The notes: generated by a model not told the origin, from the sequence alone. A DNA stretch of 64,000 bases from Thermoplasmata archaeon (GCA_035623855.1 DASPSQ010000005.1:2093-66092), one strand, 5' to 3'. Shown: positions 43,271-52,842, numbered from the stretch's first letter. A program made the numbers and translations.

Positions 43271-43990
43271 ATGTCGGACGCACGCTGGGAAACGGTAGAC
43301 CACTATATCGAACATCTTCTGGTTCGGCGCGACGCCGGAATGGAGGCTGCGCTGCGCGAAAGTGCTGCTGCCGGGCTCCCGACGATTCAGGTGAGTCCTC
43401 TGCAGGGTAAGTCCCTCCAGCTCCTGGTGGCGAGCCTCGGAGTTCGGCGGGTACTCGAGATCGGCACCCTGGGAGAGTACAGCGCGATCTGGATGGCACG
43501 GGCGTTACCCAGCCACGGTCGGATCGTGACGCTGGAGGCCGATCCTCGCCACGCTGAAGTGGCACGCTCGAACTTCGCCCGGGCACGCGTCTCCGAAAAG
43601 ATCGAGGTGCGGGTGGGCCCTGCGCTAAAGACCCTGCCCGACCTCGCTCGGGAGGGAGGGGAACCGTTCGACCTCGTGTTCATCGACGCCGACAAACCGA
43701 ACACCGCGGCGTACTTCGACTGGGCGATGCGCCTGGCCCGCCCCGGCGCGGTCATTGTGGTCGACAACGTCGTCCGGCAGGGAGCGCTTGCGGACCCCTC
43801 GAACCCCGATTCGAGTGTTCGGGGGATGCGCCGGTTCCTGGAGCGGGTCGCTGCCGAGCCACGGGCGGAAGGAACGGTCGTTCAGACGGTAGGGGCCAAG
43901 GGGTACGATGGGTTCGCGCTCGTGCGCGTAGCGCCGCCGACTCCATCGCCGGCCGAGTCCGACGAATCGAAAAGACCCCGCGTCCGGTGA
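43271..43990 (+). CDS. Class I SAM-dependent O-methyltransferase (family 3, caffeoyl-CoA OMT-like).
   Basis: VLEIGTLGEYSAIWMA (SAM motif I) and FDLVFIDADK. ATG at 43271; the upstream track ORF residues are an Arg/Pro-rich shadow. Confidence 0.7.
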   Translation: MSDARWETVDHYIEHLLVRRDAGMEAALRESAAAGLPTIQVSPLQGKSLQLLVASLGVRRVLEIGTLGEYSAIWMARALPSHGRIVTLEADPRHAEVARSNFARARVSEKIEVRVGPALKTLPDLAREGGEPFDLVFIDADKPNTAAYFDWAMRLARPGAVIVVDNVVRQGALADPSNPDSSVRGMRRFLERVAAEPRAEGTVVQTVGAKGYDGFALVRVAPPTPSPAESDESKRPRVR

Positions 43991-44033
43991 ACGGATCGGG
44001 AAGTGGGGACCCGCTCCGTTTCCGGCCGGCCCG

Positions 44034-44507
44034 GTGATTCCGTCGATCGAGCAATGGACTTTACCGCTCGGTGAGTACCGCCGGTTCGGAGGAACCGTGG
44101 ATCCTCAAGAGCGGGCGCGCAAGGAACACGAGCGGGTCATGAAGGCCCGCGAGCGGCTCAAGTTCCGTGTTTACGCTGCCGCCCGGTCGGCGGTGCTTGC
44201 GACCGAGTTCTTCCGCTCCCACTCCGAGCTCTACGAGCCCGAGATTGTCGTCAACGTGTACGCCCCGTACGTCGACGTGAATGCGTCGTTGACGGAAGGG
44301 CAGGTCCGCCTACTGCCCGTGAACGGACGTTCCCGCGAACTGACCCGGTTCGCCGAGGAGCTGCGGGTGGGTCTTCAGCGGGCAGCGACGTCGCTCGGTC
44401 TTGAATTCACCGAGGACCTGAGCCGCTATGGGGGCTCCCAACCGGTCATGCTGGTGGACGTGCCGTGCGGGATCCACGCGATCCTTCTCCGACATGGGCC
44501 GGAGTAG
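44034..44507 (+). CDS. Hypothetical protein (157 aa).
   Basis: ORF with balanced composition and no domain I can recognise. It is convergent with tfb. Confidence 0.35.
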   Translation: MIPSIEQWTLPLGEYRRFGGTVDPQERARKEHERVMKARERLKFRVYAAARSAVLATEFFRSHSELYEPEIVVNVYAPYVDVNASLTEGQVRLLPVNGRSRELTRFAEELRVGLQRAATSLGLEFTEDLSRYGGSQPVMLVDVPCGIHAILLRHGPE

Positions 44508-44559
44508 GGAATCCGTACCCCGTCGGTCCGGACCTTCCGATCGAACGAGCCGACACCGC

Positions 44560-45531
44560 TCAGAGCATCACACGCAAGTTCAGCTTCTCGGTGAGCTCCT
44601 TGTACCGGTTCCGGATGGTCACCTCGGTGACCCCCGCGACCTCGGCGACCTCGCGCTGGGTGCGCCGCTCGCCGCACTGGACGCTCGCGATGTAGATCGC
44701 GGCGGCCGCGACCCCCGTGGGCCCGCGACCGCTCGTCAGCTCGCGCTCCGTCGCGTCCTTGAGGATCTCGTTCGCCCGGGTCTGGATCTCGCCCTTGAGC
44801 TTGAGCTCGGAGCAGAACCGCTGGATGTAATCCTGCGGCCGCGTGGGCATGAGCTTCAGCTGAAGCTCGCGCGTCATGAACCGGTAGGTCCGGCCGATCT
44901 CCTTGCGGCCGATGTGCGACTTGGAGGCGATCTCGTCGAGCGTGCGTGGCACGTTGCACTGGCGGCAGCTACCGTAGAGGGACGCCGCGACGACCCCCTC
45001 GATAGAGCGGCCGCGGATCAGGTTGCGGTTGACGGCTTTCCGGTAGATCATCGCAGCGGTCTCGCGGACGTTCCGGGGGAGCGCCATCCCGGAGGCGATC
45101 CGGTCGAGCTCGGCAAGGGCGAACGCGAGGTTCCGTTCGGTGGCGTTGGAGACCCGGATCCGTCGCTGCCATTTCCTCAGCCGATAGAGCTGCGCACGGT
45201 TGCGAGTCGGGATCGACTTGCCGTACGGATCGCGGTTCTTCCAGCCGATCTCCGTGGAAAGGCCCTTGTCGTGGATCGTGAGGGTCGTCGGGGCGCCGGT
45301 GCGCGCGCGCTTCTCCCCCTGTTCCGCGTCGAACGCCCGCCAGTCGGGGCCCTGGTCGATCATCGACTCTTCGAGAACGAGCCCACACTCGTCGCAGACG
45401 AGTTCGCCCCGCTCGTAGTCCCGCGTGAGGTGGGTCGATCCACAGCTCGTGCAGCGCGTGGGGACCACGAGGTCCTCAGCCCGGGAGGGGCCTTTCTCGG
45501 GCTCGGTGGGAGGAGCTTCCTCGTTGTGCAT
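44560..45531 (-). CDS. tfb: Transcription initiation factor IIB (TFB).
   Basis: N-terminal Zn ribbon CTSCGS…CDECG, B-reader/linker and two cyclin-like repeats ([18 protein letters not shown]…, [17 protein letters not shown]…). ATG at 45531. Confidence 0.9.
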   Translation of the reverse strand: MHNEEAPPTEPEKGPSRAEDLVVPTRCTSCGSTHLTRDYERGELVCDECGLVLEESMIDQGPDWRAFDAEQGEKRARTGAPTTLTIHDKGLSTEIGWKNRDPYGKSIPTRNRAQLYRLRKWQRRIRVSNATERNLAFALAELDRIASGMALPRNVRETAAMIYRKAVNRNLIRGRSIEGVVAASLYGSCRQCNVPRTLDEIASKSHIGRKEIGRTYRFMTRELQLKLMPTRPQDYIQRFCSELKLKGEIQTRANEILKDATERELTSGRGPTGVAAAAIYIASVQCGERRTQREVAEVAGVTEVTIRNRYKELTEKLNLRVML

Positions 45532-45544
45532 CGCCGCCTCGACG

Positions 45545-45814
45545 TCAGGACTCCCGAACGAGTGAACTCCCGAGGAGGGCGAGGCCCTCGGCAGGGGAAG
45601 GCATGCGACGGGGTCGCACGGAGAGGTAGGGCCGGGCGACCGGACCGAAGACCCGAACGACGCGCCCGCGAAGAATTCCGCGCGAGTCTCGGACCGGCGT
45701 TCCCTCGGGAACGGCCTCCGGGCCACTCGAGCGGACCGTAAGAAGTCCGTTCGGCGTCACGGAGAGTATCATACCGAGGTCGCGCGCTGTCGTGGGACCA
45801 CCGGCTCTCGGCAA
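45545..45814 (-). CDS. gar1: H/ACA ribonucleoprotein complex subunit Gar1.
   Basis: LGMILSV…LTVRS…[31 protein letters not shown] matches the Gar1 beta-barrel consensus (…VxDVFGPVxxPYxxVxP). It lies 13 nt upstream of tfb on the same strand. Confidence 0.65.
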   Translation of the reverse strand: MPRAGGPTTARDLGMILSVTPNGLLTVRSSGPEAVPEGTPVRDSRGILRGRVVRVFGPVARPYLSVRPRRMPSPAEGLALLGSSLVRES

Positions 45815-45838
45815 GGGGTATAAACGACTTGCGATATG

Positions 45839-45845
45839 TATTTAA
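45839..45845 (-). promoter_or_regulatory. TATA box (TTAAATA on the minus strand) ~25-31 nt upstream of the gar1 ATG; promoter of the gar1–tfb operon.
   Basis: gatatgtatttaagcg is an AT-rich element in a GC-rich context. The spacing is consistent with a leaderless transcript. Confidence 0.4.
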
Positions 45846-45848
45846 GCG

Positions 45849-46955
45849 TTACGCACGAGGTCGAGGGCGGGTCCGAGCGCGATTCGGTACGGGCAGGCCG
45901 TCCGGGTCCACCTCGGAATCGGCCCCGTTCGATAGCTCGGGGGGAACGTACGGCACGTAGTACGACGGGCTCATCTCGGTGGGCACGGGCCGCTCCTCCC
46001 CTTTCTCCTGCTCGACCGGGACGGCTCCCTCCTCGGTGCTCGGCGCGGTGGTCGGCGCCTCCGCCCCTTCCGAAGCGGGAGCTCGACGGGTCGCGAGCGG
46101 CGGACCTTCCGTCGCCCGTTTGCGCTCCCCGGCCAGTTGCGTGACTTCGGCCCAGAGGGCCTCGATCTCCTCTTCCGGGGTACCGTAGCGTCGCTCCTCG
46201 CTGATCGCGGCCCGGACCTGCGCCATGAGGCGCGCGGCGCTCTGCGCGTTCTGAGCCTTCGTCTTGATCCGCTGGATCCGACGCGCGAGGTTGCGCGCCT
46301 CGAGCAGGATCTCGGCCTCCTCCTCCTGCGGAGTGACCGCCGGGAGCGCGGGGGCGCGGGGGATGCGCACGACCGCACGCCGGCACTCGACGAGACGCTG
46401 GGCGGCCGTGGGGATGTTCTGGTCCTGGACCGCCTGCAGGAGCCGCGCGAAGACGCGGGTCACGTCGCTGACGTCTTCGCCGCGGTCCCGGGCCTGGCGC
46501 ATCGACACACCGAGCTGTTGCGCCTCCTGCACGACAAATTTCGGGATCGCGTCGTTGAGAACCGCGAGGGCGAGCGACGCGCTCGCCGCGGCCTTCTGGA
46601 GCGAGCCCATGCTGAGCGGCTCGTCCTTGAGCCGCTGCCGGGGGTTCCCGACGCGGCGATCGAGGTGCACGACGTCCACTCCGATCGATTCCGCGACCGA
46701 CCGGAGCTCGTCCGCGCGGCGGAGAAGCTCGCGGACCCAGGTCCAATCCGGCCGGACCCGGGCGAGCAGCGCCTCCCCTCGCTTCACGACGAGGTTCGCC
46801 TCGCTCTGCTGCCCTCCACGGATCGCCTCCTCGTACGCCGCCGAGATTTGGTCCGTCGGGAACGGGAGGCCCTCCGACTCGAGGACGTGACCCTGCTCGA
46901 CGAGCGCGTCGAGCCGTGCCTTCCATGGGTCCGCCGGCCGGTTCTCGGGCTTCAC
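45849..46955 (-). CDS. Hypothetical coiled-coil protein (368 aa) with an acidic/Pro-rich C-terminus.
   Basis: Long helical, Ala/Arg/Glu/Gln-rich segments with no domain I can recognise. It starts 4 nt after the upstream gene's stop. Confidence 0.45.
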   Translation of the reverse strand: MKPENRPADPWKARLDALVEQGHVLESEGLPFPTDQISAAYEEAIRGGQQSEANLVVKRGEALLARVRPDWTWVRELLRRADELRSVAESIGVDVVHLDRRVGNPRQRLKDEPLSMGSLQKAAASASLALAVLNDAIPKFVVQEAQQLGVSMRQARDRGEDVSDVTRVFARLLQAVQDQNIPTAAQRLVECRRAVVRIPRAPALPAVTPQEEEAEILLEARNLARRIQRIKTKAQNAQSAARLMAQVRAAISEERRYGTPEEEIEALWAEVTQLAGERKRATEGPPLATRRAPASEGAEAPTTAPSTEEGAVPVEQEKGEERPVPTEMSPSYYVPYVPPELSNGADSEVDPDGLPVPNRARTRPRPRA

Positions 46956-46958
46956 GGC

Positions 46959-48200
46959 CTAGGACCCCTGCACATCGGCGGACAGCATTCGCATCAGCCG
47001 GCTCAACGTCAAGTCCGCCTCTTTCAGCTGCCGCGCCCGGAGCAGTTCGGTCGCCTCGCGGATCTGGATCGCGGCGTCGTGCGCCGTCTCGCTGTCCGGA
47101 GGGAGCGTTCGTACCCGACCCGCGAGCGTCCGAGCCTTCTTGAGGAGACGGTCGAGCATCGCCTCCTCCGACTCCGCTGGTTCGGGTGGCGCGGGAGGAG
47201 CCGGCGGGGGTGGCGCGGTCTTCTTCTCGAGCTCGAGAAGCTCCGCCCGAAGGTCCCGGACGCTCTGGACGGCCTCCGAGAGGCGGCCCTTCTTGAGGTG
47301 ACGGGTCGCCTCCAAGTGGAGGCGCCGGGCGGCGGCGCTCACCGAGGAGTCGTCCGGGTATTTGCTCAACGCCGCTTCGTGGCGCGCGAGCTCCGTCTCG
47401 AGCGAGGACGGGATCGCCTCGTGGAGCAGCATCAACGTCTGGGCCGCTTCCTCGGCGATCCGGTCGAGCGCGTCCTCCGAGAGGGACGGTCCCGCGATGT
47501 GGTCGCGAATCGCCTCGATCTCGCTCGAGATTTCTCCCAGAGGGAATCCGAGCTCTTCGGCCTCGGCGCGGAGCCCCTGGATCTGCGAGAGGAGCCCCTG
47601 GAGGCCCTTCCAATCGGCTTCGAACTGGCCGATCCGCTGCTCGGCGGCGACGAGGAGGTTCGCCGCCTCCTCCCGCTCACCGGAATCGATCGCGCCGTTG
47701 AGCTCGGCCAGGTCTCCGCCGAGGGCGAAGTGGACCCCGGTCTTCTCGAGGGCGGACCGCCGATCGGCGAGCAGCTGCGCGCGGGTCCGAAGGACTTCAT
47801 CCGTCTGCGTCTCGAGCCGCTGCTGGGCCGATCGGAGGATGTCGAGCGCTTCCGCGACGCGTCCCTCGGCTTCGCTCAGAGCCGCCTCGCAAAGCTCCGC
47901 GGTGACATCCGGCCCCGGACCGAGCCCGCGGACGAGGTCCATCTTGGAGCGAAGGTCGCGGCTGATCGCCGCGTTCAGTTCCTCCTCCGCGGACAGAGGA
48001 ACTGCCGCGGGTGTTGGACGGGGCTCAACGGCTGCGACCGGTCCGTCCGCGACCAAACTGTCGGTCTCCTCGTCCGAGATCGATCGAAGCCCCTCGATCG
48101 CGAGCGCCGTCGGAAAGCCACAGACCGAGCAATGCACGGCGGTCGACGCGATGGGCTGCTCGCAGATCGGACAACTCGACGGCACGGGCGACCTGTTCAC
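46959..48200 (-). CDS. Hypothetical protein with an N-terminal zinc ribbon followed by a long coiled-coil region and a PPPPAPPAPP linker.
   Basis: CPICEQPIASTAVHCSVCGF at the N-terminus, followed by ~350 aa of Leu/Ala/Glu-rich helix. Confidence 0.5.
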   Translation of the reverse strand: MNRSPVPSSCPICEQPIASTAVHCSVCGFPTALAIEGLRSISDEETDSLVADGPVAAVEPRPTPAAVPLSAEEELNAAISRDLRSKMDLVRGLGPGPDVTAELCEAALSEAEGRVAEALDILRSAQQRLETQTDEVLRTRAQLLADRRSALEKTGVHFALGGDLAELNGAIDSGEREEAANLLVAAEQRIGQFEADWKGLQGLLSQIQGLRAEAEELGFPLGEISSEIEAIRDHIAGPSLSEDALDRIAEEAAQTLMLLHEAIPSSLETELARHEAALSKYPDDSSVSAAARRLHLEATRHLKKGRLSEAVQSVRDLRAELLELEKKTAPPPPAPPAPPEPAESEEAMLDRLLKKARTLAGRVRTLPPDSETAHDAAIQIREATELLRARQLKEADLTLSRLMRMLSADVQGS

Positions 48201-48276
48201 TCTGGAAAGCGATGGGCCTGCCCTTAAGGACTTCTCCCGAGGGTCCTCCCGGTTCCCCCGAGACGCCGGCCGACGA

Positions 48277-48582
48277 TCACCCGCCGCTGAACGTGGAGAT
48301 CACGATCAGCCGCATCGGTCGGTCGATCGGGGTGTCGAGGGGGATCGGCGATTCCTCGAGGAGAACCGCGCTTCCTTCGGGCGGAAGGCCGGCCGAATGG
48401 AGCGCGGCCCGGACTTGCGTCCCGGCCGGGACACGGATCCGCCGGCGTCGCACGGACGCCCCGCGGGTCACTTCGAGCACGACGGAGATCACCGGAGGAG
48501 AGGAGGCGCTGAGGGGGAGAGTCTCCGGCGGCCGGGGATCGCCCGACGCGTCCTTTGAACTCCCGCGATGCATACGCATCAC
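48277..48582 (-). CDS. MoaD/ThiS-family ubiquitin-like small protein (SAMP-like) with a C-terminal Gly-Gly. The N-terminal start is uncertain.
   Basis: The C-terminal half, VRVPAGTQVRAALHSAGLPPEGSAVLLEESPIPLDTPIDRPMRLIVISTFSGG*, follows the MoaD/ThiS beta-grasp pattern (…AVNxExV…LxDGDxVxIxPPxSGG). The N-terminal ~30 aa are low-complexity. Confidence 0.45.
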   Translation of the reverse strand: MMRMHRGSSKDASGDPRPPETLPLSASSPPVISVVLEVTRGASVRRRRIRVPAGTQVRAALHSAGLPPEGSAVLLEESPIPLDTPIDRPMRLIVISTFSGG

Positions 48583-48611
48583 CAGATCTCGAATCTGGCG
48601 CCTTGGCCGAG

Positions 48612-49682
48612 CTAGGCTACCTCAGCACCCGACGGGGCGAGTTGCGGCGGCCTTTTTCGTTTTGTGGTCGGGTCCTGGGGACGGTTCGGGTCGGCCGCCG
48701 CCAGCGAGGCCTTCAGCCGGCCGATGGCATCCGCCGGGTACGGGTCGACACCGCTCCGGTGGGCGAGGACGAGGCTCACCTGGTCGCCCAGGGCGACCCC
48801 GGCGATCAGCGCCTCGAGTCGATCTTCGGCGTCGAGCAGGACCGGGATCGCCCGGGCGCCCCGGGCGGCGAGGAGCTTCTGGAGGTAGTGAAGCCGGGTC
48901 CGAAGTCCCGCCGGGGCCTCCGACCACTCGAGAAGCAGCGCGGCGGTCCGCGTCCCGTCGGTCCGGCGGATCGCGTCCCACGCGACGATCGAGTTATGGA
49001 AGACCTCGGGGACCTCGTCGAACGCCGCGAGGCGCTTTGCGTTCTCCTCAATCTGCGTCTTCCAGCGACGCGCGAGGGCGAGGAACGAACTCTCCGCATA
49101 GACGAACGGGAACCGGTCGCCCACCTTTGCCGCGATCGACGCAGCCGGACCCCGCGCGTGGGCGATCGAGCCCATTCGGGACCGTACGTGCTCGGAGATC
49201 CGTGCGACGCGCACCTCGTTGGATTCGGGAAACCATGGGTCGAGGAGCCCGAGGATCCCGCCGAGAAGATGACCGACCGCCGCGCGCGGGGGGTGGCCCG
49301 ATGGGACCAGCAGGACCGGGACGTCCTCTTTCGCGGCACGCTCGGCGAGCTCCCCTCCCGACGCGATGACCGTCCGGTGGGCTCCGATCTTCCGGGCCGT
49401 TTGGAATGCTTGGAGGGTCTCCCAGGTGTCGCCGGAGTAGCTGATGAGGATGACGTGGGCTCGGCTATCGAGACCGTGCGGCAGCTCCGGCGACCGGACG
49501 ACCGTCAGCATCGCCGGGGTCTCCGCCTCGACCACGCCCCGCACGAGGTCCGCGGCGATCGCCGAACCCCCCATCCCGACCGCGACGATGGGCGATGCAC
49601 CTCGTGCCGGCCGCGCGAGCTCGAGGCCGGCGGCGAAGCCCTCGCGCAGCGCGGTCGGGAGGTTCGCAACGAGCGAGCGCAT
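48612..49682 (-). CDS. Bifunctional phosphoglucose/phosphomannose isomerase (SIS domain, archaeal PGI/PMI family).
   Basis: SIS motifs VAVGMGGSAIAADL and ILISYSGDTWETL, and a second SIS-like half. The ATG at 49682 is preferred over the track start. Confidence 0.7.
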   Translation of the reverse strand: MRSLVANLPTALREGFAAGLELARPARGASPIVAVGMGGSAIAADLVRGVVEAETPAMLTVVRSPELPHGLDSRAHVILISYSGDTWETLQAFQTARKIGAHRTVIASGGELAERAAKEDVPVLLVPSGHPPRAAVGHLLGGILGLLDPWFPESNEVRVARISEHVRSRMGSIAHARGPAASIAAKVGDRFPFVYAESSFLALARRWKTQIEENAKRLAAFDEVPEVFHNSIVAWDAIRRTDGTRTAALLLEWSEAPAGLRTRLHYLQKLLAARGARAIPVLLDAEDRLEALIAGVALGDQVSLVLAHRSGVDPYPADAIGRLKASLAAADPNRPQDPTTKRKRPPQLAPSGAEVA

Positions 49683-49852
49683 CCGGGTCAGCCCGTCCGG
49701 CTCCCTTCTCTCCACGGCGCTCGGGGGCCAGCGCGGGGTCATATGGGTTACGGGGAGAGTACGGCCGAATTCGCAGAAACTTCAAGAGGCCCCCCCTCCC
49801 ATCTTCGACCTAGCGAGCAACGTTCACTTCGAACGCGCTGAGAGGAGTCTCC

Positions 49853-52066
49853 GTGGCGACCCCGACCGCACATGCGCCGCCGACGGAGGCACGCGTGTCG
49901 ACCGGCAATCGGGATCTCGACAGCATGCTCGAAGGCGGCCTGGTGGCCCGTCGCCCGTACCTCGTCGTCGGCCCGTCGGGGACCGGCAAGACCACGCTCG
50001 CCCTTCAGTTCCTGTGCGAAGGGATTCGGAACCACGAGCGGGCCCTTCTCGTCACCATCGAAGAGCCGCCGAACGAAGCCCGCCTCAACCACCCCGGGCT
50101 CTCCCCCGAGCTCGAACGGGTTGACGTCTTTGACGCGATCCCGGACATCATGCGGTACGAGCGGGTCCCGTTCAAGGACATCGCGTCGGTCCGCTACGCG
50201 CAGCCGTTCGCGGCCGTACCTCTGTCGATCCGTCAGTCGCCCGAGCTCTCGTCGGTGGAGGTGACCCTCGCCGCGCTCGAGCAGATGCTCCGGACCGAAG
50301 TCCTGCGCAAGGGGTACTCGAGGGTCGCGATCGATTCGCTCACGGCGCTTCAGTACTTTTGCATGAAAGGCTTCGAACCGGTCGCAGGCGCCCAGACGTT
50401 CCTGCGGTTCCTGTCCGACCTGCGGGTCACCACGATCATCACCGTCGAATCCCCCCTCGAGGACGTCGAGACCCCCGAGCGAGCCCTCGCGCGCGGGGAG
50501 ATCCGGCTCTTCCGCTGGGAGCACGAGAACCGAACCGTGCGCGCGATCGGAGTCGAGAAATTCCGGGGAAGTCCGCACGACGTCCGGCTGCATCCGTACC
50601 GGATCGGTCCCCATGGGCTCGACATCAATCTCGAGCTGACGATCTCGCGGGACACCCGCCAGATCATCGAGCCGGCTCCTCCTGCGTTCGCGATCGCGAC
50701 CCCGACGCCGATTCCGCTCGAGGAGGTCATCTCTCCGGTCGACCCCCTCGCCGAGGAGGTGCGGGACCTCGTCCTGGTCGGGGCGGACCTCGGTCCAGTG
50801 CGGACCGAGATCGAGGCCGCTCTGGGCGCGCTTGCCGCCGGCGACATCGAGCGCTCCCGAGGCCACATGTCGCGAGCCACCTCGCAAGTGATCGCGCTCT
50901 CCGCCGCGATTCCCCCCTCGCCCGAGACGGAGGTCCAGCGTCCGGTGGAGGTCGAGGAGGCGTTCCAGCGTCTCGTCCAGCGGGGAGAGTCCGCGAGGGC
51001 GGGGTTCCCGCCCACCCGGCTCCCTCCCCCGCGAGTCCTGGAGGTCGAGCTCGAGTGGGTGCTCTCCCTGATTCCCCCTGCGGCGGTTCCCTCCGAAGCC
51101 GAACCGGCCGAAGCAGTCATCCCGATCGCGGAGGGACCCGCCCTCGAACTCATCCCGGAGGCGGAGGTCGTCGCCGAGGCGGCTCCGGCCGCCGGGGCCG
51201 AGCCACCTCTCCCGAGTGTCGAGGAGCCCCCCATCGCGGTGACCGTGGAAGCTCAGATTCCGAAAGAGTCCGCCTCGGAAGAGCCCAGGGAGCCGACCCC
51301 TCCGCCGATTCCGACCCCTGCGGCAGAGCCGGCTCCAACTCCCACAGAGCCTCAGCCTCCGACAGTTCCAGAACCGCCGACGGTCCCTGTGACCTCACCA
51401 CGCTACCCCGCCCCTCCCGAACCACCCTCTCGCCCCCCCGTTGCGGCACCCCCTGAGCCCACGCGAGTCCTCCACGCTACGGGGGCTGCCCGCCCAGCGG
51501 AGCCCCCGGCCCCGCCAAGAGCCGAGGAGCCACGGCCTCCGTTGCCGTCCTTCGAAGTCGCCGCAGAGAAACCCACGAAAGCCCCCGGACACGGCGGCGG
51601 CTCCCGGGGCACCGGGACCCTCGTGTCGACCGGGCGGGCGCACGCACCCCGTCTCTCGTCCACCCCGGGCGGCCCTCGGCTACCCGCCACAGGGACCGTG
51701 CCGACCGGCGGAGCCGCGGAGGTTCAGAGTCCGACAACTCCAGGGGCTCCATCGAAGCGGAGGAAGAAGCCGACACCGGCCGTGCGAAAGAAGCCGGTCT
51801 CGACTGCCGTCCGCTCCGAACCCGTCCACGTTCCGCATGCAGCGCCGACCCCGCCTCCTCTCCCCGGTAGCCACACGCTCCACCCGCCCGAGGTTCCCTT
51901 GCCCCCGACCTCGCCGCCGCGGGCCAAGAAACGGACGGCCCGGAAACGCAAGGCGCCGACCGCGACGGGGGAGAGTGCGGGACCGCTTCGAGGGGCGGAA
52001 TCCTCCTCTGACGCCCACTCCACGGATTCCCCGGCTCTAGATCCCGAGCCGAAGGAGGGTGCGTGA
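49853..52066 (+). CDS. KaiC-like RecA-superfamily ATPase (single KaiC/RadA-paralog domain, ~250 aa) fused to a ~480-aa Pro/Ala/Glu-rich disordered tail with basic clusters.
   Basis: NRDLDSMLEGGLVARRPYLVVGPSGTGKTTLALQFL is the KaiC/RadA-like Walker A region; a Walker B-like VAIDSL follows. The tail carries PTPT/PEPP repeats and KRRKKPTPAVRKKP / RAKKRTARKRKAP basic patches. GTG start with an AGGAG 6-10 nt upstream. Confidence 0.65.
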   Translation: MATPTAHAPPTEARVSTGNRDLDSMLEGGLVARRPYLVVGPSGTGKTTLALQFLCEGIRNHERALLVTIEEPPNEARLNHPGLSPELERVDVFDAIPDIMRYERVPFKDIASVRYAQPFAAVPLSIRQSPELSSVEVTLAALEQMLRTEVLRKGYSRVAIDSLTALQYFCMKGFEPVAGAQTFLRFLSDLRVTTIITVESPLEDVETPERALARGEIRLFRWEHENRTVRAIGVEKFRGSPHDVRLHPYRIGPHGLDINLELTISRDTRQIIEPAPPAFAIATPTPIPLEEVISPVDPLAEEVRDLVLVGADLGPVRTEIEAALGALAAGDIERSRGHMSRATSQVIALSAAIPPSPETEVQRPVEVEEAFQRLVQRGESARAGFPPTRLPPPRVLEVELEWVLSLIPPAAVPSEAEPAEAVIPIAEGPALELIPEAEVVAEAAPAAGAEPPLPSVEEPPIAVTVEAQIPKESASEEPREPTPPPIPTPAAEPAPTPTEPQPPTVPEPPTVPVTSPRYPAPPEPPSRPPVAAPPEPTRVLHATGAARPAEPPAPPRAEEPRPPLPSFEVAAEKPTKAPGHGGGSRGTGTLVSTGRAHAPRLSSTPGGPRLPATGTVPTGGAAEVQSPTTPGAPSKRRKKPTPAVRKKPVSTAVRSEPVHVPHAAPTPPPLPGSHTLHPPEVPLPPTSPPRAKKRTARKRKAPTATGESAGPLRGAESSSDAHSTDSPALDPEPKEGA

Positions 52067-52842
52067 GCGCCTCCGACCTCCTTTCGGAGCACCGCGTGCC
52101 GACCGGGATCCCCGGCCTCGACCGGATGCTCGGGGGTGGGTTGGTCGCGGGCCGGCCGTACCTCGTGACGGGAGGCACCGGCAGCGGCAAGACCCTCCTC
52201 GGGCTCACGTTCCTTCTGGAGGGTCTGAAGCGAGGGGAGGAGGTCCTCCTTGTCGCGGTCGACGAGCCCCCGAGCGAGATCATCGAGAACGTCCAGTCGT
52301 TCGGCTGGGACCTCTCTTCGGTGAAAACCCTCGAGGCGAATCCCGGCACGCATGCGATCAAGCGGAACGTCGCGGTGCAGGAGATCCGCACGATGACCGA
52401 CCTGAAGTCGATGCGCGACCTCTCCCAGGAAGTAAAGCGGCCGGCCGACCTCGAGGACATCTCGATCCAGTCGATCCAGCTCAAGCTGCGTCAGCAGATG
52501 ACGACCCTGCCGTTCCGCCGGGTCCTGGTCGATTCGATCACGTCGGTCCGCCGGTTCGCGATCAAATCGTCGGTCGACCCTCAGGCCGAACGGACCGAGA
52601 TCCAGTCACTGCTCCGATTCCTCTCGGAGGCGGGGGTGACGACCCTCATCACCGCGACCCCGAGCGACCCGGCGTTGCTGACGCCCGAGGAGATCCTCAC
52701 GCGGGGCGAGATCCTCCTCACCCGCAAGTGGGTCGGAGACCGCTCGGTACGCCAGCTCAAGATCGTACGGATGCGCGGCTGCGCCCACGATCCGGAGCGT
52801 CGCCCGTTCGTCATCACCCCGCAGGGCATCGTCGTCGCCTAA
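52063..52842 (+). CDS. KaiC-like RecA-superfamily ATPase (single domain, 259 aa).
   Basis: GIPGLDRMLGGGLVAGRPYLVTGGTGSGKTLLGLTFL, Walker B VLVDSITS. The GTG start overlaps the upstream stop (GTGA). Confidence 0.7.
   Translation: MSASDLLSEHRVPTGIPGLDRMLGGGLVAGRPYLVTGGTGSGKTLLGLTFLLEGLKRGEEVLLVAVDEPPSEIIENVQSFGWDLSSVKTLEANPGTHAIKRNVAVQEIRTMTDLKSMRDLSQEVKRPADLEDISIQSIQLKLRQQMTTLPFRRVLVDSITSVRRFAIKSSVDPQAERTEIQSLLRFLSEAGVTTLITATPSDPALLTPEEILTRGEILLTRKWVGDRSVRQLKIVRMRGCAHDPERRPFVITPQGIVVA

Noticed and set aside
46137-48227. 696-aa plus-strand ORF.
   Set aside because: It is antisense to the two coiled-coil genes (45849..46955, 46959..48200). It is Arg-rich (RRR, RGR) with no motifs.
48277-48582. 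A possible reading of the small Gly-Gly ORF as a spurious ORF.
   Set aside because: I kept it as a feature at low confidence because the C-terminal 70 aa fit the ThiS/MoaD pattern including the terminal GG. The N-terminal 30 aa are low-complexity and the true start is uncertain.
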